NCBI RefSeq assembly: GCF_009914755.1 | Contig: NC_060935.1 | Strand: one strand, 5' to 3' | From: the human T2T-CHM13v2.0 reference genome, Homo sapiens | Length of the DNA stretch: 64,000 bases | Shown: piece by piece, positions 13,400 to 24,515 of the stretch | Position numbering within the stretch: the first letter of the stretch is position 1 | How the letters are laid out: every line of letters starts with the position of its first letter | Translations under genes and position numbers: made by a program | Notes under the pieces: generated by a model | What the model was told of the DNA's origin: nothing | The model's database searches: none | Seen by the model: the letters and a program-made list of their open reading frames with translations, nothing else

Positions 13400-13760
13400 T
13401 ATACAAGAACAAAGAAGTTCATCCTCTGGAATTAAAGGTGTGTTAGTGTCATTGTTGCTCATGGGGAGGAGTAGGCACCTGACTTTCTTTTTTTCCTTAC
13501 GACAGCTTTATCCAAATAAAGCACGGTGTGTTTCATCACCCATAATGGAAAGTGCCTGTCACTCCTTGAACAACATCATATGGTTGGTGGCCGGTGGATA
13601 ATGGACCACTGAGTGTCAAGGTGACTGGCTTTCAATGCACACAAAACTAAAAATTATAGACCTGTCATTCCACAGGCAGGCCACAATTAGCTGTCTATGC
13701 AACTTGAAATTTCCATTTTGCCAGCTGAGTAATCATTTGACTAGAGTTTTTCATTTGGAA
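13400..13760. promoter_or_regulatory. Candidate conserved enhancer-like element
   Basis: Repeat-free; TGTCA at 13557, 13614 and 13663, CATTCC and CAATTA motifs. Motif inference only. Confidence 0.35.
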
Positions 13761-16700
13761 GCATTTCTAAGCCTTTTGTGTGCAAGTCTTTTAAAATGTG
13801 GATCCTGAAGTAAATAAACAGTGCACTTAATCAGATGTATTATTTTTAGAAACACCACTTCGGAAACACACAGGCAAACCCCAACATTGTTGTAATAGTA
13901 ACAACAATAATGTGACAAAACAATATAAGCCTTGGGTATTTTATTTAGGGATCTTAAAAGTTCACAGCGAAAGGTAAGAATCATTTCTTAATACCTCAGA
14001 GTGCAGAATTTAGAAAAAGAAACTGAGATTTTAGCAGTCAGTAACTAGATAAGGTCACCAAAGGAGAAGTAAACTCAGAGCTAGGGGTCAAAACTTGGGA
14101 ATTTCAGTGTCAGAAACATTCACTGATTCAAAACTATCCATTTACCAGTTTTCTATTTACATTTGGTTTCCAACTCCATATCTGAGTTCTGTCATTTCTC
14201 TGATTCTTTGAGGGATAGAGAAAATGATACCAAGTGGAGTCTGTTGGAAAATTGTGTTGTAATTTCCATTCAGTTGCTGTACGTGAAGTAAACTTCAGGA
14301 TTCTACAATCCCAGATCAGATTCTAGACTGTCTAATTGAACCTGAATCTTCTTTTACCCTCTTCCTGCCCTGTCCCTGGTCCACATTACTCTCTCTCCTT
14401 CTCCCTCGGATGATTTATATCTACACTTAAATTGCCGAGCCACAAGGATACAAGTGAAGTTGACAATCAATATGAATTAAGGAAAAAATCAGAAGTCTGA
14501 GATCAGAAGTGTTTGAGTGAAATTCTCCCTACAAGTCTTGGCAACCTCATGATTTTGTTTAATTTTCCAACATGTTTTGGATTATTGGAAAGAGTTACAT
14601 GGGATAAAAAGGATTTGCCTGGCAGAGTAAAAGAACTGAATTTGGATTGTACTGAAGTAGGTCCTAACTAGGCTGTTGATGGTGAAATATTGACGATTCT
14701 ATTGTTTTGAATGAATGAGTGTCATATTTTACTGGGAATTGATTTCTGAACTTCAGTCAAGGAGTGACTGAATTTGCAATTAGAGTCACTCTGTTTTGTA
14801 ACTCAGATTATGCAAGGATCATTCTGAAACAGCAACCAAGATATAAGCCCTTGTTGCATGGCTTTTCTTTAATTTCTAATTTTGTGTGTCTGTGTTCAGT
14901 TTTTAAAGGACCAAAAAGTTTTTTTTCCCCCATCTCTCTAGAAAAAAAAGGAACATACCCTAGGATTACAAGGGGCTTGATTATCTGTTTTATAAGAATC
15001 TTAACCCAGGAATTGGTTAATATTCTTTCTCCCATTTAGAAAAATAGTAGGCTTTGTCGTTGATTCCTAATGATTAGCACAAAAAGGGAAAGGCTTTTTA
15101 AAACCAAGATAAAATCACTTTAATTCCAAAAGTGTCCATTTAAGAAATATAAACTGTGAAGATAAGCAATGGCTATTTTCTCTAAAGGAAAGTATTTTCA
15201 AATGAACAGAACAGGCAAATGTAGACTTAATTAGGTGGAGTCAGATGGGTATTAATTATTCACCTTTCCAGGGTGAGAATAATAGCATTGTTGCTAAAGA
15301 AATGAAATAAGGCATGACACTTCTTTCTTCTTCATTCTGTGAAAGCTGCTCTGATCTGAACAGGTTAAAGATGGGATAACAGGAGGACAGACTGAAAATT
15401 TGCTCTTCCCTTCACAATTGAGGGTAGATAGTCTTTCGAGAGTGTAGTATCCTCCATTGAAATAAAATGTTATTGACTACCTGCTTGGAGACATAAAAAC
15501 CTTCTCATGTTTGGAATGTACATGTACTTCTCTGTTTTGCTCTCTTGAACATTTTCAAAATAGCTAAATAAAATTTGTCCTCATTCTTAGAGTTCTGTAT
15601 ATTCTAGACTTGAAAATAGTGGCCAACAGTGAGTAGTAATTCACACTGATGATAATCACACCAGACTAGGTTTGTTTAATTTTGTTATAGCCTCTAAAAA
15701 GCATTTGTTAAGCATCTGCTCTGTTACACAGGTAAGATCTCATGATGGATGTGGAGTCTACAAATGAAAAATACTTAAACGCACTGCAGTAAAAGATCAA
15801 CACTTACTCTAATATAATTTGTTAGTACCGAGTGTCAAAAAGTGGGGTTTGAAAAAACCTAAGGGTAAGATTTAGCAGGTGTGGGGTCTAGTCCTGACAC
15901 TGATGGTGACTACTTGTTGCCTACCTCAATTCTGGTCATAAGAGCTATGAGTGTGAATGTGTATGTTAAGTAGTGTGAGGTTGTGTGACTGGAAGGGGCT
16001 GGAGGAAATAGAGGCAGAGAAACTCAGCAACCCTGAGTTGCAGAGAAGCTTTTTTAGTGTCCCTGAGAAGTGAAATGACTCTGTTATTATGTCTGCATGC
16101 TAATTATACCTCTACTCTACATACTTTTAACTTTAGGTAACCTCATGTTAACTGCCTTTTTAAGCTGAGGAAACCAATACCCATGGAGATAAAATGACTT
16201 GACCCAAATCGGACAGCTTGTCAATAGCAAAGCTGGAACCAGACTGTAAAGCTTCTGCTTTCTTGTGTAAGATACATTTTTCCCCTAGATGACTTCTTAA
16301 ACCAAGGGGCTCTGAAAATAAACAATCTTTTCAAAGTAGCACTGTATCCCTGTAGGTTGTTGCAAATAGTTCTTCAAAACTTGAAATAATTATATCATCT
16401 TAAAAAGTCCCTTATAAATTCCAATTCAGTATAAAAATATGATTTAGGTATATGTTAATTAAACTATCTTTTAAACTCCATAACCATAAAGGAAAATAAT
16501 TGTAGATATACAAAAAAGAAATCTATTCTTTATTTAAATACATGTTCCTTCTGGGAGAGGTGTTTAAACAATAGAATCAAAAACACTGAATCAACTTCTG
16601 CAAGGGCTGTTTAGGTAAAAATCCTTGGTGAAGCTGAAAACTGCTCAAAGAAATGTATATCTGTAGAGATGTGGCAGAAGTTTGTCTTAAACTTGAATCA

Positions 16701-17689
16701 GCCGATACTATTTTGAAAAATAATATTCCATTTAGCAAAGCCTGACAGTCATATAACAAAGTATGTCTTCTTTTGAAAGGTGTTAAATTAGACCACAATT
16801 TTCTTTAAAAATTTGTGAGAAACATACTGTGAATCACAATTGGTAAACATTCTATTTCTCTAAATATAACTGAATTTTAGGCTCTAAATTAAGAGAAATT
16901 ACAATACTCCTCTGTAAACACTTTTTTTGTATTAGATTCCACATTTGTAAAGAAGTAGGTGAGTCAGAAACAAAATAAATGCTATGGAGAAGATTATTTT
17001 ATTTATAGATGAATGTAATGAATAAATTAAGCTCCAAATTAGTACAGAACTAATGACGCATTCTACATGTCTTCCAGATCTCAGTTTATTACCATTTTGT
17101 AACAGACTTTCTGCATATTCTAACTCACTGATGCCATGATGTTGTTTTTGTGGGGAAAAGAACCTTTTTTAACAGAATAGAGGTTAACCAAGTTTTATGT
17201 CTTAAACTTTTTTTTTTGCAGATCACCAGAATTATGCATTACTATAAGTAATCTTAAAATTGTATGTACATAAAGATTGGCCATTTAATGAGTGTATTAT
17301 TCTTTGTTAATATTACAGGTAGGCTCATATTCCACACTAAAATGGTCATAAGTAATATAGTGACTGCTAAGTCAGGTTGATTTTAAAAGCAGAGTTTTGT
17401 GGTGCATCTTAAATACCAGCATTCTCAGTGCTATAGTTAAAAAAAAAAAAAAGTCATGCACGTAGTTTATACCCCCACCCCTTGCCCCCCAGATTCATCT
17501 GGATAAGTTTTGTGGGGCTTTTTCTTTTCATGAAAATTATTCTGTCACGTCATGTGCGTGTATCTGTCACTTTATCTGAATTGCATGTGAATTATACCTT
17601 GAATAGATTCCCCAAACTGGAGAAGCGAAAATGTTCCCCTTCTGAATATTTTAGACTTGTATGAGTTCTCTAATATTTTGTTTTTGTGC

Positions 17690-18120
17690 AAGGCCGCTTG
17701 TAAGGCGGCCTGGAGCCTTGAATGCTGACAGCCTCCATTAGCATTAATGCTGTTCTCTTATCTCCCGTTGCTCTCCTCCGCTCCCCCCTCGCTCTTTCTT
17801 GTCTGATGGTTCACTGACACCGTTGACAAGGCTGACACCACCAATCAGCTTCGACTCAGCAAGGTCACTGTTCAGACTTGACTCGTGATTGGCTGCTGCG
17901 CTTCAGCGTGTTATTACTGTCTGATTTGATCGGAGGCAGGGGGTGGTCTCCAATCAAACAGAGAAAAGGTCCTAGAGAAGGTAATTAAATCCTGTCAGAG
18001 GCAATTATCGGTTCCAGGGCCATGACTCTGGCCCTGAATGCAGATGATCTGAAACTGTATTCTTGTAGAAATTCAAGAGGGCTCCTGGCATGGTTCAGTT
18101 AGGCATAAAAGAAGCAGCAG
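17690..18120. promoter_or_regulatory. Candidate conserved non-coding element (enhancer/promoter-like)
   Basis: Local GC/CpG enrichment in an AT-rich repeat-poor block; five TGACA/TGTCA, three CCAAT/ATTGG boxes, TAATTA and palindromes. Confidence 0.55.
18034..18110 (+). repeat. Dispersed direct repeat, copy A
   Basis: 18044-18110 aligns gap-free to 19919-19985 at 60/67 nt. Confidence 0.9.
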
Positions 18121-19914
18121 GCTTTCTGCAAACAATGCAGCCCTGTATTTTGAACCTTTCTGCCTCTTTTTCCCTTTACCCGAAGACTTCTGTTTTCACT
18201 GATCAAAAATATTCCTTTTCAGGCCACATTCTAATTAATTTAATAGACAAGGTTTTTCTTTCTTGTACATAAATAATGACAAGTTTTACCCAAGAACTTC
18301 TGCCCCCAAACACGGGCTGTGACAAACAGCCTTTATCAAAGCAAACCAAAGCATTTAATGGAAGGACACCAATCTGTAGTTTAGACCAACGGAGAAAGAA
18401 ATTTTAAAGACTCTAACATGGATGTTCTTCCTGTGGTGGCTTTTGCCCTGTCTGTTTATACATTGCCGTGCACATGATAGAGTTTGCTGCTGTGACAAAT
18501 CTTGAAGTTCTACAAGGTAATCTAGTGATGACAGCATGCATTTAATGGCTACAGGTTTTTTTTTTTTATTAACAGAGAAAATCTGCAGCAGATTTCAGTA
18601 TGTGGGGTAAGTGCCTCCCCAAAATATTTAGTAGAGTTAACATTTTAAAACTGAGGCCTGAAAAATAAAAACAGCAAGAAAGAAGTGCTGTAGTTTTAAT
18701 TGGGAAGAGAAAACAAAGACAAATGCCATAGGTGTACTTTTGCTTTTAAATAAATAGAAGACTTCAGTTTTGTGTCCTGTGTGATTTCTCAATTGCTATT
18801 AAATAAGCTTTGGGATGTTGCTTTGCCCAAGAACCCAAGACTGTAAAGTAAACCTCTCTTCATATTCTGAATAACAGTCATTTTTCTCCATAGTATTAAT
18901 CAGTTTAGCATGAAAAATAGTTGATCCAGTATGAAGGTGTATCATAGTTTCTATATCCTCACACTACTGGCTTTAACAGACTTTATAAAATATTGCACTC
19001 AATAAATGCCAACCTTACAAATGGACAGCCTTGATTTCAACCTTTATGTTTTGTGAGCATGAGTATTATTTTTGCAAGAATAAGATGTTCAAAACACCAT
19101 TAAAACAATTTCTGTATTGTCGCTGATGAAACAGTTTAACCACTAGGGTTTCTCCCCGGGGAACAGTTAACTTTCCTCTAATCTTGGTTGTTTTCTTTGT
19201 TCTAAAACACCATATTCTTTAATATGCCTGCCTTTATTTGTTTTGTTGAAACATAAACAGATGCTCTAAGCGAAACATCATTTTAAAAAAGTAGTCCCTG
19301 CTACTAGTCCATTAATCAGAATGAGGTACCAGACTGGGAAAGAAATTGGTGGGAGAAGATGTTAATAATAATGAAAAATGCTTTGGACACTGGTTGGCTG
19401 GATTAAAAAAATCACAAGTCCAAATCTTTACACATGACTCTGAAAATGATGTTTAATTCATTCCATATTGTGTTTTTGGAACATCAAAGGCTTCATCAAC
19501 TTCCTTAATAAAGATAAAATAGATATGTAGAAAGAAGCAAAATACTCATGAATCTGGCAGCATATTTTAGATCATTAGAACCAAGGTTCATTGCTAGTAC
19601 CAAAATATTTCTCTTTCTTCCATCTGAGTGACAACTCTATCTGTATCATTTTTGAGCTAGGGTATTTATTTTTATTTGACCCGTCATTGTATATTATTGT
19701 GTGGTTAAGTTATTTTATTTTGTTTTGTTTTGTTTTGAATTGAAGTGCTGGCTGTTTTAACGAAGACATTTCTTCAGAAAGAAATCTTTATTTGTGAAAA
19801 AAAGGAACCGTCCTTGTAAGAAAACAAACAAACAAAAATTGATATGTTTTCCCCTGATATTTAAGATCAGTGCTTCTAAAAGAGAAAAAACAAAAAGAAA
19901 AAGAAGAAAAAACG

Positions 19915-19985
19915 CTGAATGATCTGAAACTATATTCTGGTGGTAATTCAGGAGGGCTCCTGGCATGGTTCACTTAGACATAAAA
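19915..19985 (+). repeat. Dispersed direct repeat, copy B
   Basis: Shares a perfect 21-mer gagggctcctggcatggttca with copy A, 1875 bp upstream. Confidence 0.9.
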
Positions 19986-21688
19986 CTATACCTAGCTTAC
20001 TGAAGAGTCCTCTGTATTCCAGTCAACATCATTTTATTTGCCCTGGTTGCATCTTTCAAGAGTCTTCACTGTATTGAGAGCTACTTAAGGGTAGAAATGG
20101 TATACTATTCCATCGGGTATACCCAGGAAACCAATAAGTAGAAGACTGCATCAATTCCACAGACCTTTATGGGCACCCATGTAAGCCCCATGACATAGAC
20201 CTACCCCCAAGTTGGAATCCTGGAAATCAGCAGTAACTACATTGCAACTTGATTCAATCAGAGAGGGATTAACTAAAATATCTTATAAAGGAGTGGACCC
20301 TGGTGTGGCTGCTATTACCCGTGTCAAAGTCTAATTTGCTCTCTAAATAAATATAGGAGCTTCTTTATGCTATTACTTAATTCTGTGAGCATTCAAGTCC
20401 TAAGTATCAGAACTGCCTTAATGCAAAATATCTGAGGTCATTTGAATTATGAAGGTGGGCTGTCTAAATGATGTGTCTTTAAATGGTTTGTAAACAGAAC
20501 TCTCCAGGGGACATTATGTTCATTCAGTATTAAAATGTATTTTAAAATTTACAGTGTTTATGCAAAACATAGAAAACAATTCACATTTATCTCCTTATGT
20601 TCAGTTGCTTTGGTCAGCATTATTGAAATGGGAAGAGAGGATTTGCCTTTTAATTGGTCTTTTCCAGATTTCTGGTGAGACTCCTAGCACCACCAACTGC
20701 AGGAATACACATCCCAAACAAAGCCCACTGGGGTACATTCTCAGGATGGTGCATATGGGAACAATAATTTATGAACAGTAATAGGAGCTGGGTATGCAAT
20801 TCCCTCCCCAACACCAGGATAAGTGTACCCCACTGATTACTGAGTGCACTGAAAATACTTGAGTAAATAAGATAAAAGCCATCTGCACATCTCTTTATTT
20901 GTAAGTTAGAATTCCTCGAAAGCAATTGAAAAAAAAGACATCAAAATCACTATTAAGCAATAGGTACTAAGAAATATATATATACACACACATATTTTAA
21001 AGAAATGTGAAAAATTAGCTGGGCCTTGCTACATGGGGAATAAAAAAATTAACTTTCACCGTTCTGTGATGTTGCTGTGAATTCTATGTATTTCAGGCTT
21101 CATATTCGCCCCTCGAGGGATCTGAAAACTTATCAGGTTTTATTAATTTATTGGCTCTGCACTGAGGTGTACTCTAAACCAATTTTAAGTACTTCATTTT
21201 GGTATTTATTCACTACTCACTAAAAGAAGCAGCCTTTCCTATAAACCCCGAGGGTTTCCATAATCAGTTGTATTATGGTTTCCTCAACCTGAGGATATGA
21301 AATCTAAATACATTTAAATATTTCATTTGATATTTCTTAATGGGTGTCACCTTCCTTCTTGATTTGCAAAATTAGGAACACATTCTTTCAGCAGCAACAT
21401 CAGAATTGCAGACTTGAGGGTGTGATTCAAGAAGATTCTCTTCTCCCTATTTATTGGAGATGGCAATTATACCCTCCTTCCAGAGACAAAAACTGGGAAT
21501 GTGATTGGTGGGATAGATAAGCTAACTTCATAACAAATTTGAAGTTGAACTCTAGGGTCAGAGAATGGTGCACTGGACTGAAAGTAGGAGAACTCGGTTC
21601 CAGATCTGGTTCTGCCCTAATTAGCCGCCTGTTATGTTAGCTGTGATTAGTACTGCTCGGCATCTGCTTCATTTCCTTTCCTTACTCC

Positions 21689-21874
21689 AAGGTTGCCACA
21701 TAAAATACATGATGCTCAGTGAAGTCTGAATGTCAGACAAAGAACAATATTTTAGTAAACATATGTCCCAAGTATTGCAGGGCATATACTTACACTAAAA
21801 AGTTATTTTATGTTTATGAAAGATTCAAATTTTCCTAGATACCTTGTATTTTCTTTGCTAAATCTGGCAGCTCT
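21689..21874. mobile_element. MER53 (hAT) palindromic MITE
   Basis: 'ggttgccacataaaatac...atatgtcccaagtattgcagggcatatactta...tgctaaatctggcagc'. Confidence 0.8.
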
Positions 21875-22217
21875 GCCCACTCTACCTGCAGAGATATTCT
21901 AATCCTAGTGCAGGCCAATCCAGAAGTTCTCCAAATATGGGGGCGATGTCAGTGTCAGTGCAAAAACTGCCCCTTGATCAAATTTCTACTAAAACTTGGA
22001 GGTTAATTTCTTGCCTGTTATCTTTATCATCTTCAGATATCCCTGCAAATATTCTCTTTTATACTCTAATATCCAGACTCGTCTATTCATCTGCTGCTCC
22101 CCAGTTAATCGTTTCTTTTTGTTTCCTTCTCCCAATTCCTTACACAATGTTTCCAGGGGTTCATAGTCCTGTTATTCATGAAGTCCTCTTTATCTCGATG
22201 TTGGAGTCTCCTCCTTT

Positions 22218-22761
22218 TGTCAGAGGCCTTTGAACCAGAGCAATTCCATCTTGAGTAGGGACTGGGTAAAATAAGGCTGAGACCTACTGGGCTGCATTCC
22301 CAGAGTGTTAGGCATTCTCAGCTGGGATAAAATAGAAGGTCAGCACAAGATACAGGTCATAAAGACCTTGCTGATAAACCAGGTTACAGTAAAGAAGCTG
22401 GCCAAAACCCACCAAAACCAGGATGGTGATGAGAGTGACCTCTGGTCATCCTCGCTGCTACACTCCCACCAGTGCCATGACAGTTTACAAATGCCATGGC
22501 AGCATCAGGAAGTTATCCCATATGGTCAAAAAAGGGGAGGCATGAATAATCCACCCCTTGTCTAGCATATCACCAAGAAAAAAATGGGCAGCCCGCAACC
22601 CTTGGGGCTGCTATGCCTGTGGAGTAGCCATTCTTTTATTCCTTTACTGTCTTAAGAAACGTACTTTCACTTTACTCTATGGAGTTGGCTCAAATTCTTT
22701 CTTGCACGAGATCTAAGAACCCTCTCTCAGGGTCTGGATCGGGGACCCCTTTCCGGTAACA
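22218..22761 (+). mobile_element. MER41A 5' LTR (ERV1)
   Basis: 'tgtcagaggcctttgaaccagagcaattccatcttg' to 'ggggacccctttccggtaaca'. Lacks the TTCCGGGAA-containing segment of MER41B. Confidence 0.9.
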
Positions 22762-22767
22762 TCTTTT

Positions 22768-22785
22768 TGGTAACCATGAAGGGAC
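22768..22785 (+). other. Retroviral primer-binding site (tRNA-Arg type)
   Basis: tggtaaccatgaagggac just after the LTR end, complementary to a tRNA-Arg(TCG)-like 3' end (recalled). A second similar copy lies at 22853-22870. Confidence 0.7.
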
Positions 22786-24204
22786 AATACTAAGGAAACC
22801 CCTGACCGAAAGGCTAATTTTGGGTAAGTGGTGGGGTCTGATAATATCTTTCTGGTGACCATGGAAGGGAGAATACTGATGAGACCCATGACCTAAAGGA
22901 ACATCATCTGCACACATCAATTGGCTGATTTTGGGTAAGTGGGGTGCATATACCCAGGTAAAGGGTTGCATATACCCGGATTGGTCTAGAGGTCCAACTT
23001 AGGGGAGTTAGAGTCTCTCCTGAGACAGAGAGGGTTAAAGGCTCCTCTCAATAAAAGGCAAGGATGCTTGACCAAACTTGGGTTTCAGGCCCGACTTAGG
23101 AAGGTTAGAGTCCTCTGTAAGATTCTGGGGATTAGAAGCCCCTCTCAGTAAAGTCCCTCTTGGCTAAGAATGGGTTTGGCACCATGGAATGTTAACTGTT
23201 ATTGTCTTTGAATTAATCTACCTTACAGTTTGCTGACAGCTGTGGGTGACAGGATTAGGCATGTACAGGGCCATGGGACATAGGGAGCTTTTTTCTCCCT
23301 AAAAGGGAAAACTTGAGAGCTAATGGGACTGCTGGAAAAGATCCCTTCACCACTGACAAGCAGATGCCTGACCTTTTCAGTGTCACAGGGATAGGTGGGT
23401 CTTTTTAGTGTCACTGGGATGGGTGGGTCTTTCTCTGGCCTCTGTGAGCTGCTCACTTTCCCCACCCTGCTACAGGCAATGCTTTTCTCTCTCTCTTTCT
23501 CTATCCTATCTTTTCTATTACTCAGGGTGATCATCTTGGCCAGAGACCACATGTTGAAAAATGTCCTTGGGAGCTTAACCTTGTAACCATGTGGTCGTGA
23601 TTTCTGTTGGTCTCTGCCAGCACAATGGTGGCCCAGGTTGAATTCCTGGCTTAGAGAATGAGGTCCTTTCTTATTTAATATTTATCTGTGTGACCTTTGC
23701 CATTTGTTGATTCTCTTCCCCGCCACAAACTGTCTTGAATTTTCCTTTCTCCCAGCACCTGTGAGGTTACTTTTGGTAAAGTTCAAAAGCCAGACTTATC
23801 AGCCGTTTGGCCTGACTAAAATTGGGTAAAAAGAAATTTCAAAAGGACTATTTTTTAGAGCGCTGTGGTTAAAAGTCAGCTTAATTAAAAGCGTATATTC
23901 AAGCTCTAACAGGCTGGGACTCAGGAAAAGCAGACGAGGCACCACAGACCCTGTTTTGGGAAAAACCTCTGTTTTCCTCATGAAACCCCAGGAATTGGAA
24001 GTGGATAGATCCCTTGCAAAGTCTAAGGCTTTGTTCTCTTTTGCATTATGTTATCTGATGTTTTTGATTTTGGGGGTTATCAGAAATTACTTTGCATTAT
24101 GAGAGAGCTTTAGTGTGTAATATCTAGGTAGGAAATATAGTTTTGGAATGGGCTGATTCCCTCTTTTTTGGGGATCCAGCATCTGGTATAAAAATGGGAC
24201 CCTT

Positions 24205-24515
<311 letters not shown>

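Noticed and set aside
18040-18110. C/D-box snoRNA reading of the duplicated 67-mer (atgatctga)
   Set aside because: No properly placed C and D boxes or terminal stem.
19757-19973. Minus-strand micro-ORF MPGALLN... shared by both repeat copies
   Set aside because: Mismatches between copies are mostly non-synonymous; no splice or codon support.
23371-23432. 28-bp tandem duplication in MER41-int
   Set aside because: Ordinary slippage in neutral ERV sequence.
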